Below are positions 14,763 to 26,718 of a stretch of 64,000 nucleotides of DNA, piece after piece (within the stretch, counting starts at the first letter, position 1; every line of letters begins with the position of its first letter). Position numbers and translations under genes: made by a program. Origin of the DNA: the human T2T-CHM13v2.0 reference genome, Homo sapiens; the NCBI RefSeq assembly GCF_009914755.1, contig NC_060925.1. One strand, given 5' to 3'. A model generated the notes under the pieces. The model made no database searches. It saw only the letters and a program-made list of their open reading frames with translations, and was not told where the DNA came from.

Positions 14763-15120
14763 CGTCTACTTGGGTTGCCATTATAAAATATGATAGGCTG
14801 GGCAGCTTAAGCAACAGAAATTTGTCTTCTCACAGTTCTAAAGGCTGAGAGGTCCAGGATCAAGGCATCTTCTGATTCTGCTGCTGCTGGGGGTTCTCTT
14901 CCTGGCTTGCAGATAGCCCTCTTCTCACTGTGTCCCCACATTGCAGAGAGAGAGGGGGAGCTCTCTGGTGTCTCTTATAAGGGTACTAATCCTATCAGCT
15001 CAGGGCCCCAACCTTATGACTTAATTTAACTGTAATTACTTTCTTACTCCAAATGGTCACATTGGGGTTAGGGCTTCCACATATGAATTGGCGGGGAGGG
15101 GGTAACTCTGTCCACAGCAG
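14763..15120 (-). mobile_element. MaLR LTR (MLT1A/B-like)
   Basis: aacagaaattt...ctcacagttct...tctcttataagggtactaatcc...ttggggttagggcttc. Confidence 0.75.
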
Positions 15121-16871
15121 GTGTTGCTAATAGGTTCTGCCGTTTCAGTCCAGTGCCCAGAGTGCCCATCAGTTCACTCCAGAACTGCTCCAGTTCATTC
15201 CTTGGGGCAGGGATTTGGTACCATGACTGCTCTTGATATTGCTTTGTAGATGGAACTTTTAGCCTTTGGATGGGGGGTCTAGAGACCCCCCATCCAAATT
15301 TCTCAGGTCTGGCAGGATGTGGTGCAGAGTCTACTACAATGGCAGCCCTGTGAGGCTGGGATTTTTGCCTGTTCCATTCAGGAAAGAATCCTCAGCACAT
15401 AGAACAGTGCCTGGCATCTAATAGGTACCCAGTACATATAGCCAGATAGCTGCAGTTCAGCATTTGTGTTCACATGCGTCCATTTTCCATTCATTTGGGG
15501 GTTTTTTAGTCACAGGCTAAATGAGATTATAAATTATTGCATGTTTTCTTTTCACTTTCCTCCCCAACTCACCTCTATTCAAGTCGAACTATCTCTGGTC
15601 ACTGTGAAATTTGTTTGCAATAGAAGAAATTGCGTGGTACAGCCAACATAGGACTGCTCCCAGTGAGATACACACATTGAAAAACAGAGCCAGAGAGAGC
15701 TAAAAACTGGAATCGAAATGAAATCAGTAAAATAGCTTTCATGAAACTCATGAAATTCATATGAACTAGGAAGAGATATTGGCATGAATGAATTTTGACT
15801 TTAAAGATGAAAACCATGTGTCTCCACCCAAGTTGTGGGTTAAATCTTGCCAATGAATGCTGAAGGAGGCACGTGACCACGGCCTTCCCAAGTGTACAAG
15901 GAAGAAGCCATCAGGGAGTGTGTCGCATGTTCCTCTGAAGTGTCCTCAGTTGTCAGCCTGGGTCTTCGCGGTGGAGTGAACATTACACTCATCACTCTGC
16001 AAGAAAGGAGTTTTCAGGAAAAGCCCACGAGCGCCAAATTATACCTCTGACTTTTATCCTAGATTTGTAATTAAAAACATGTTTAAAGACCTAATTATTT
16101 GCGTATTTCCCTTCAGAGTTAACCCCTTTAAAGGATCTTTAATACCTTGCTCTACTGTTCTGACTAAATGTTTCCACATTTTTTTCCAGTTAGGCTCACT
16201 GTTTCACTTCTGGAAAATATTGTGTAATTATTTCCCGATGGAGTGAAAACCCCACGAAGTCCCCAGTGCCTTGGTGACTTCAACTTTATTCTCCCAGATC
16301 GAGTTGCATTTAATTTTGTCATTCTATTTAATTAATTAATATTAAAAAGATAGTTACCAACGTATGATTTCTGGTCTGGCCAGCTGAAAAGTCTTCACTT
16401 TCAAATTAATCATATATTCCTCTGATAAGTTGCACAATTGTCATTGCTTCCCATCTTTCTCAGTTTTGGTTTTGAAACAGGATCTGGATTAAGATGATGT
16501 TAAAGTAAAATTTGTCCTATATGGTGAAATTAATTTTTCTTTCTAACTCATGTCTCATTTGTAGCCAGAAACTCATTTTCTTTTTTTTAAGGTACCTATT
16601 TTATTTCTAATACTGCATCACCTATAACGGTGCACACCAGGCTGGTGAGCAGTAGGGTGGCTCCTGCCTTTTAAAAAATGCTCATGAGCAACCCACATGA
16701 CCTACGAAGCTGCTCTAATGTACTGCTTTCTGGAATTAAGACAATTTAAATTGTACTTTTAAAATATAGTTTTAGAAAGTAACATTTATGGGATTTTTTA
16801 AATACAGAAAAGTATAAAAAATAAAAGTACCCTATGCATCCACCAGCCAGATAAGTTGTTCCTCTTTTCAA

Positions 16872-17273
<402 letters not shown>

Positions 17274-17769
17274 TTATCTACTTTGTAAACATGCTGTTTA
17301 CGATTTTTGTATCTTGTCTCCTTGAGAAATTTCACAGAGAGAGAGCAATCAGGAAAATTTTTGAGCGCACCATATAATATTGATTCTAATAGCATATCAT
17401 TATAAATACAAACCTTATAGTAACATATGTAGTCTCAAGGACTATATATGTTTCATTCCTTCTGAGGAATGGAATAGAATTTATTAGCTTCCATTTCCTA
17501 AACCAGGAAATAATGTACTAGTAACTGTTGACACTTACAGAATTGGCCATTTGTTGATACACCTCTGAATTAAAACTTGGATTTGGCAGATGGCTCAGCT
17601 ACTCTGATAAAGTTAAAGGTTTGCTAAATCTTTAAAAGCTAAATCAGGAGTTCTAAGAGAAGTTTTCAACTTTCCTACTGGTAACATGTGTCCAGCATCC
17701 AAAGTTGCCTGTGCACTGGCAAATTTCTTGCCTTACCCTAATGCCAGTGTCATTTTCTGAGACAGACTA

Positions 17770-18690
17770 ACGCATACATTTATTGAATCCTACTATGTGC
17801 CAGGGTGAGTAAGAAATTTCCTCTGTCCTCAGTGCGTTCACAGTTTAGCAGGGGAAGCAGACACTGTATTACCAACAACCTATAACATATATTGCTGTTA
17901 AAATAGAAGTATGAGCAACGTATTATGGAACCACAGATGGGAAGTGATTAATTTATACTGGAAAGCCAGGGAAGGCTTCACAGAGAAGGCGCTGGATGAG
18001 TCGCCTGACCTTGCAGGAGGCGGAGGAATGTGCCAAGGAGAGAAGGCGCCTGGGCAGAGCACAGTGCTGGGCAGATACACGGGACAGAAGAGCTCACGGC
18101 AGGTCTGGGGAATTTGGGGTCAGCTTTTTGTAGCAGCAGCACGTGTGGAAAGAAGGAGCAGAGGCTGGAAGGGTGGGTTCCCAGGCCTGTTGCTGAAGGC
18201 TGACCTTAGTGGTCATGCCGAGGAGCTTGCCTCTCCTGTAGGTGGGAGTGAGATTGTGAGGAAGAGGATCCCACTCAAAATTCGTCATGAAAAATAAAAC
18301 CTTGACAGCAGCAGGTAGAGAGACTGAAGGCAGGAAGCCAGTTAGGAGGCCCGTGGGATAGTCCAGGTAGAAGGTGGAGAGGCCTGAACACAGTGGCCGT
18401 AACGATGACTAGAAGAGGACAGATTGGAGAGGCATTTAGGAGGCAGCATCAGTGGAACCCTCAACTGCTAAATTGGAATCTGAGTGAGGAGGAGGGTTGA
18501 GAGTGGCTTCGGGCTCCTTGCCTGTCTGGTTGATGAGGCTGGGGGTGCTGAAGAGCAAGGGTTGGAGAAGGAGCATCTCCCCAGTGGACGAGCTGAGGTC
18601 CCCTGAAGAGGGCCTGGCACTCAGAGCGACACTGGGCCCAGACATGGAGTCAGGGCCATAGGTGGACCTGGGGTGGGTAACGCCTAGGGG
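17770..18690 (-). mobile_element. L2 fragment
   Basis: catttattgaatcctactatgtgccagg; agggaaggcttcacagagaagg; gaagccagttaggaggc. Confidence 0.7.
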
Positions 18691-19426
18691 TAGAGGAGCC
18701 TGTTCCAGGAGCTCTGAGTCAGGCTTCTGATTTTGAAATGACTCCAGAGGGAGTAGAATCAGGTATATAAATGAGTTAATATCGAAAAAAAAAAAAAAGA
18801 GCAGGAGGAAAATTAAGTAGAGTGGCTGAAACAGTTACTTGGCAGATTTCTCCCTGAGAGAAGCTGGTCATGAGTCTGTTTTCCATGTGGCCTTCTAGAG
18901 AGACATCTCTCTCCAATCTGCTGATGAGAGGATGTGTGGGGAAAGGAGGGGTCATCCCCCACAGGTTTGGGGTAACTGGGCACCTGTTCTCAACAGAAGA
19001 GCTACCATTAACTGCGGATCTCTTCTGTGTGGGGCACGTAGATTAGCTCACACCATCACAGTGGCCCTGCAGAGTAGACCCATGGGGTTCTACACATCAG
19101 GATGGGGAAGCTCTGGGCAAAGTGAGAGGCGGAGACGACTGGCATCAGGGTGGCTGGCTCCCCTGGCGAGGCTGCAGTGTGGCTTGGGAGGACGTTGTGA
19201 CCTGCCCCAGAGGAGGCCTGAGGCTGCTGTTGATGCTACCATGGCTGCTGTTGTTGAGAATGCCCCGTGGTTCATGGTTTATGGATGACATTAGTGATGG
19301 TGCATTCTACTAAGGCGGCACTGGCTCCTGGCAGATTCACCCACTCTTAGCACCTGTCATCTTGGAAAAGGGTGTAAGCTGGTGCTGCAGCCTTCCCTTC
19401 TCTCAGAAGAAACTTTCTGACACTGA

Positions 19427-19628
<202 letters not shown>

Positions 19629-22600
19629 AAGAGTTGAAACTTTTAACCGAGGTTTAAGAATAGTATAAAAATCCTATTTTTTAAATAGAATCAATTATAG
19701 TATCTACAGCAACCTAAAATGTGTCAACTGAATACTGAGGTGACTTCTCTAGGTCTCAGATTGGAAGGATAAAGCTTATCTGATGCTGTGTGTTTCTGGC
19801 TGCATTTTTTTGCTCCCCTTTCCTCTCAGTTAATAGCAGATCAGAGAACAGAAGGAGTTTGCTCAGGGCCACCTGAGACCACGGTGGCCTTCTTCCCTTG
19901 AGGTTTTTCCAACAGTCACTCATTCGTGGACCAAAAGCAGGCCTTGCGGGAAGCTTGATTCTAAGGGCAGTGAAGACAGGAGAGCCTGGGGTTGAGACTA
20001 CAAAGCAGTGTGAGCACTCAAGGAACCTCAAGTGAGGCAAAGGAAAGCCTGGGAGAACTAGGCCAGGGAAGGGGAATTACCTGTGGCTTTAGGGAAAGGG
20101 AACGGAAGAAGGTGCAGCTTGGCAGAGGGGAGGGCGGGGAGCGTGCCGCGTTTGCCAGGCTTCTCTTACCACCCTGAGTTTTGCTGCTTCTCTCACAGAG
20201 TGACAAGTTTGATATGAGGCTCCATTAGATAAGGGGTCTGGTCTGGAGCTGTTTAATTATTCTTTGATGTGTTTGGCAGATTTTGTAAAAAAAAGAAAAA
20301 GAAAAAATTAAAATTAATAATAATAACGATGATGATGCAACCCAAAGCCCTGGCCATTGTGGGATGCAGGAAAGCCTCAGGAGGATGATGGGGACAGAGC
20401 TGTGGCCACCTGGTCCCTGGGGTCACTGCCCAGTTCCAGCTGTGGCCTCACTCTCTCCCTTCTCCTTCTTCAGCCAGACCCTTGGCTCTGATCTGCTTTT
20501 GATTTGAAAGGACTTTAGAACATTTCATGCACAATTTCCAGAAATATGTTATTATCAGTAGCAGCTTCGGGGCATGCACAGGGTCCTGGACTTACAGGAC
20601 AGAGATCCGTGTGGAGTGACAGCACTGCCTTCCTCCACTTACCTTTCTGTATGGCCATGAATTCCTTGACCTCCGTGCTCACTTTGTGAAGAAAACTGGC
20701 AGGGATTACCCTCTCCATCAGAGAGATGAAAGAGTCTGAGCTACCAAGAAAGCAACGGACTCGGCCAGAGTCAGCCAGCGGGCCGGGCTTTCCTGCCAGC
20801 TCGGCCTGTGTTTCCTTCGCTGTGCTCTCTACTTTTCCGGAGGGCGTCCCAGCTCAGAGTCACCCCTCCTCCAGAAGTGGTTCTGGCCTGATGGAGGACT
20901 TGAACCATCTGGGGCATCTTGGAAAAGAGTCTGTTTGAAAGCCTATAGAAGTGTTCCAGGATGGAAAGCACACTAGTCATGTCGGCCACTCTGGCCTGGG
21001 TGTGAGAGCATCTGCCCGGATGGGAAGCCCTTGGCTGACATGTAAATGTCAGCTATGTCAAGTGCCCAGGGTGGTGGCGCTGGGGGCTGGGGGCTGGGGG
21101 CTGGGCAATGAGGTGGAAGTGCCTGTGCTGTGCTCACCTAGAGGAAGGAACCTCACATCTCAGTTGGATTTTTCATGCACATTCCTGCTGTCATCCCAAT
21201 CATGGTGGCCAACTTTGGAGTCTCCTTGGAGAGCCCGTGACGGCCTCAGTGGCTGTGCACCAGGCCCACCGATGCTCAGGGGTGTAGGCTGCTTCCGGGT
21301 CTCATCTCAGATCCCCGCCAGTTCTGGCTGGCGCTGTGTCACCTCTTCTCTGTGTCAGGATCATTTTTATCCCTCTCTGTCTGTCTTTCTGTCTTTCCCT
21401 GTGCCCTCCTTTCTTCCCCGGACCAGCTATTTCAGATTCCATTCAACTCTGTTCAGTGATGCTGCCGCTCTCAATGCGGTTAGAGCGCAAGATGTGAGAA
21501 CGTCTGTGCTGAGTGGCCTAAACACTGAAGGCTGCGGGTCTTTCTAATTTCAGCATTGAGACTTTACAAGTCCACATTCTTGGCATTGCCAACCAGTTAG
21601 AATAGAACAATAAATCCCAGTTTTTGTCATGGGCGTCTGTAATTAAAATGGCAACTGGAACAAGGCAGTCACTTACTGAGCGCTGATGGGGTGGCCAACT
21701 CTGTGGGGTGCTCAGGAAGACACGGGGCTGTGAGATATGGACTCCACTTAGAGGGCTCACCTCGTAGTCAGCAAAGAGACTTATCCAGGACATGTGGAAA
21801 GAATGAGTTTGTGCTTGGCCATGCTTTGGGGGCCATCACAATTAAATGCTCAAAAGTGGAGGAGGGGCTGGAGTATGTGGGGGATGCTTCACAGAGAAGT
21901 TAGAACCTGTGATCCTTGCGGGGAGGGGGATGGGATCTAGAGAAGTTGGGAGAGCAGGTGTGCGTCCTGCACGGACCCCAAGTGAGCGAGGGCCCGGCAG
22001 CCTGCTCCCCTCGACAGGCAGGCCACCTCCTGCCCCCAGGCTTCTGCCCCCTTCAGAGGACCTGGGAACAACGCCGTTCTGGACCCAGGTTTCAGAACAC
22101 TTCCAGGTGGAGCCTGGCTCTGAGCAATTCAGTTTGCCAGCAGGAGCTCGACTGCCACTCCGTCGTCAGCCTTTAGTATTCCTGCCACTGTCCATCCTTG
22201 TCTGCTGTCCCTGGACACTGCAGCCCCATTGTGAAGGGCTGTCACAAGATGCAGGGGAGGCAGCCAGGCCCGGGAGAACTGTCACACTGTTCCCAAGGTT
22301 CACTGCTCTTCATTCAGTGGCCAGAGAGGTTTGATGTGCATAAATTTCCACTTTGAATGTGTGAGCTCCATGATAGAGGAATTCAGTTTTGTTGGAGTGG
22401 CCCTAAAGCTCCTGAAGTAACAACTAGAAGTTTCCAAAAGGAAGATGACAGTTTTACCTAAGAAAGCGTTTTCTGACTCTTTGAGTTTTCTGAACATGAA
22501 GTGGATGGGGGGGTGCCCTGTCCCTGGAGGTGCTGAGCTTAGAGAGGGAGGAAGCGGATGGGGAGGTGCAGGTGTTTTAACGCCAGGCTGTCTCTTCATG

Positions 22601-22995
22601 GCGTGCCATTTGGTGAACCTGTTTAATTCTGCTTTTCCCCCCTCAGCTTTCAGCGCCCCCAGCTGCGTCTTCTCGCCCCTTCATGTTTCCCTCTCCTCTG
22701 CCAGGCAGTGAACTTTCTCAGCTGCTCCTTCAGTTTCACATTGAAAGGCATCGTGTTTTCTGTTTTGTCCAATAGAGTATTGTTACAGTTTTCTGTAAGC
22801 TTTAAGCTATCCAAAAATGCTCACAGAAAAACAACAAACACCCACAAGATAGAATTTCAGGATTTAGAAGTATTTCCCGGCAAGGGGGCCGGGATTCGCA
22901 CTCAGGCCCTGGGGCCACAGAGCCCGCAGTGGGCCTCCCCCTGATGCTGGGCGAAGCCCCAGGTGTCACTCCTGTGTTCCCGTCTCGCTTTGCAG

Positions 22996-23236
22996 CTTCA
23001 TCGCTGTGGAGAACATTGACAGCTACTGCGTGCTCATCTCCTCCAAAGCTGTTTACTTCCTGAAAAGTGGAGACTACGTGGATCGAGAAGCCATTTTCCT
23101 AGAAGTCAAATACGATGACCTCTACCACTGCCTTGTCTCCAAAGACCATGGGAAGGTGTATGTGCAGGTGACCAAGAAAGCCGTGAGCACGAGCAGTGGA
23201 GTGTCCATCCCCGGCCCCTCCCACCAGAAGCCCATG
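22996..23236 (+). CDS. VPS13D: VPS13D penultimate coding exon (241 nt), PH-like domain
   Basis: Acceptor ctcgctttgcag, donor ATG|gtgagt; reads FIAVENIDSYCVLISSKAVYFLKSGDYVDREAIFLEVKYDDLYHCLVSKDHGKVYVQVTKKAVSTSSGVSIPGPSHQKPM; phase-compatible with both neighbours. Confidence 0.96.
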
Positions 23237-23388
23237 GTGAGTGCCTGGCTGTTCTCAGGCTCCTGAGGGGCGGGGCCAGGGCCTCGATGCCTCTGCCCTG
23301 CTTCCCCGTCCTCAGCAGGAGCTCATTTAGGAGGTTGAGGCTGGGCCCTTCCCAGGAGTGCTGCCTCTCAGTCCTGAACATGGGAGGG

Positions 23389-23540
23389 GCCCAGGGTATG
23401 TTCACGGGGCGATGCTGCCCTCCCAGCTGGCCCATGGGTGACCCTGGGAACATTAACTGCCTCACAACGTTTGTGCCTCAGTTACCCGTAGATGTAGTGA
23501 GGGTAACAATACTTACTCTCGTTGGTGATAAGGAACAGCT
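23389..23540 (+). ncRNA. SNORA59A: Box H/ACA snoRNA ACA59 in VPS13D last intron
   Basis: 152 nt GCCCAGGGTATG...GGAACAGCT recognised as ACA59; H box ACATTA 23450-23455; ACA 23535-23537, three nt from the end; stem GTTACCC/GGGTAAC; sense to host gene. Confidence 0.93.
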
Positions 23541-24559
23541 AACACAACACACAGGGTTTTTCTGCTCCCAAAATGGGATTCTTCAGTGCACCAAATCGAA
23601 GAAAGCACTGGAGCTCACGCTGGTTTCTCCATTGTTTCTCCTTAACAGTGGAAACCGTAACTTTTGTTCTAGTAGCATCTAGCATGCTCAATAATTATTT
23701 GTAAATAAAAGTTATACTTTCCCTCCAAAGGGGACAAGGTATTGTTATGACAAGGCTTTTAAATAATAAAGCTCCTGCGAATAGCTAACGTTCCTAGAGG
23801 GCTGGCTGTCTTGTGGGTTGTCTGATCACTGTGTTGCTGTCATCCCCTCCTCACTATTGGTCATAGCAGGTGATTCATTCAAGGCTACACAGCTGACCTT
23901 GAGGAGCCGGGGTTCAAATCCGAGTGGCTTGGCACCAGAGCTGGCTGCAGAGCCTCTTGCGGATCTGTCTCTGGCCAGTCGGCCCTGGAGGCTTGCCATG
24001 ACACCCAGGTGTTAGTCCTGCTCATTCTCACCCGGCATACCCGGATTTTGAAGCTTGCATTCAAGAATGATACATTAATCAAAAGGGCCTGCCCACCTCT
24101 GCTCTCTCTATGGATCGGAAATAGCGCCAGCCTTATTGGGCCTCTCTCCTCCGGAGTCCTTTGGCCTCCCCCTGCTCATGAATGCATTTGGGCCTGTTTG
24201 GACTTGTGTAAGGCTCCCGTGGGGTCATTGGCTTAAGTTAGAGCTGGCTGATGAAGAGGGCGAGCACCTCAAAGTGTGAGTATTTCTCCAGATCCCTTCA
24301 CTGTAGCAGGTGGGCAGCCTCGCCCACTATACTTCTGCCCCTTTCAAAGCAGGTGGGCAGAGAGGTGTTTGTGGTAAGAAAGACCTAGAGGCTTTTGTTC
24401 GCTGATTCTTCTTCCTTCATCAGCCATCACCAGACCTTAGATGTGAATCCCCCATTCTTGCTCTTGGTCTTACCTCTGCAGATCAGTTATGGCCGTGGGG
24501 GGGAGTTCCCAAATGTCAGGTGAGTATGGGTTGGCTGTACAGTCCTGGGGAATGTTTAA

Positions 24560-25031
<472 letters not shown>

Positions 25032-25035
25032 TTAG

Positions 25036-25167
25036 GTCCATGTGAAATCTGAGGTCCTTGCTGTCAAGTTGTCACAAGAAATAAACTACGCAAAGAGCCT
25101 CTACTATGAACAGCAGCTTATGTTAAGACTCAGCGAAAACCGAGAGCAGCTGGAGCTGGACTCCTGA
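25036..25167 (+). CDS. VPS13D: VPS13D terminal exon, coding part (43 aa + TGA)
   Basis: Acceptor ttctcctccttag; [43 protein letters not shown], stop at 25165-25167. Confidence 0.96.
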   Translation, partial: VHVKSEVLAVKLSQEINYAKSLYYEQQLMLRLSENREQLELDS

Positions 25168-26484
25168 AGCCCCGCTGCTGAGATGGGCGCTCCCGACACA
25201 GCGCAGACCCACCAGGAGGAAAGAGGCCCAGCTCTCAGCTGACGATGGAGGCAGAACCGGAGTCGGGTTTGGGGAAGTTGTCAAGGAATGAGGGAAAGTA
25301 AATCCTCATGAGGAAAAGTACAAATGGAAATCGTATTAATTTGTGAGGCAGGGAGTTATTTTAGATTATGGGAAATAATTTTTAAAGGTATTGGTTAAAT
25401 AACGTTTAAAAACATGTACTGAGATGAATCTAATTTTTAGATTGCCCTGTATTTTGTTAACATGTATATATGTACAACAGTGTGTTTGTAAATATATAGG
25501 AACGTTTCTGAACAGGGTCTGTGCTATGTGTAAAGGTTTGTTAACTGTAAAGTAATATAAAGTTATATTGGATCTTCTATTGCACTAATTCTAGATGTCT
25601 AATTCAGGATACTGTCTATAGAAAGGCATTCTTAAAAGTTAAAGAATGTTACGTCTTAGTTTTGGAGACTAAAGTATTCCCAGTAAAGTGGGTTGAGGTG
25701 AGGGCTGTGGTCCTGAAAGGGACGCCTTTGACATCGTGGCTGTCCAGTTGGGCTGTGAGCTGTGGCACCCAGGACTGGCGCTGGCCCTTCAGAAGGATCT
25801 AGGAGAGGGGCTTGGGAGCCCACTTTTAATTTCTCACCCCCATTTTACAAAGAGTGCTTAGATTCTTACAAATTATGATGTAAGTTATCCATTTGGCTTT
25901 TTCCTAACTAGTCTTACCAAACTTAGGGGGAAACCTGTGCTCCATTACCACATGGGTGCAAGTCAGCATTGTAAGTTTTCTCAGGTTATTATTATTAGAG
26001 AGGTTGGAAACATTGGTAAACTCTGTTGATTGAGAAGGAAAAAAAAAGTCCCATTGAACTGTTGCAACAAATCAGAAATCCACATAAAAGTGCTCTCCTG
26101 CCTGGGCAGCAACAACCAAGAACAAAGCCCCGGGACTGTTTTCTTTTTAATAAAGCCACAGGCAGGCATCGTAGCTCCACAGCCCGAGGGGACACAGGAT
26201 GGAAACCCCAGGATGAGAAGGGAGCAGGGAGAGTTCCAGAAAGGGGGATGAAATAGGAGTATTAAAAAGCTGCGTTGGTAAGTTTTTCATGGAACCAAGA
26301 TTTGACAAAGGCATCTCTTATCCTTGGTTTTAAATTCCTGCTGGGAGCAAGGCCTGGTATGAGCGCCCTGGGTCTTGTTTTTGGTGTTTCGCTTTTCTGT
26401 AAGGATTAAGCAGATAGGGAGAAGGGAAAAGGGGCCTCACTTTAGAATGAATGAGTCACCTTGTGATTTTTAAATTTTTATTTT

Positions 26485-26490
26485 AATAAA
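26485..26490 (+). terminator. Candidate internal poly(A) signal
   Basis: AATAAA preceded by a U-rich tract (ttttaaatttttatttt); further AATAAA at 26149 and 27734. Confidence 0.55.
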
Positions 26491-26663
26491 GCTAATCAAT
26501 TTCTACAACCTTGTCACATGTAGCTGAGTCTGGGATGACTCAGTGGATCAGTGGATGCGTGGAAGGTTTTGGTGTTTATAACTCATGACCCAAATCCTTC
26601 CAAGACACAAATGAAGCTAATCTTCTTCCCCTCCCTTTCCTCTCCCACTTCCCCTCTGTGTCT

Positions 26664-26668
<5 letters not shown>

Positions 26669-26706
<38 letters not shown>

Positions 26707-26718
26707 CGCGTGCATGCA
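26669..26718. repeat. (TG)15(CG)6TGCATGCA alternating tract in 3' UTR
   Basis: Read directly. Confidence 0.95.

Noticed and set aside
15737-15765. Clustered short palindromes TTTCATGAAA / TTCATATGAA
   Set aside because: Short and AT-rich; expected by chance in low-complexity sequence.
23006-23266. 86-aa ORF as a stand-alone gene
   Set aside because: It is the VPS13D penultimate exon read from an internal GTG into the intron.
23541-23560. A/C-rich tail after SNORA59A as evidence of a retrocopy
   Set aside because: No real poly(A) and no target-site duplication visible.
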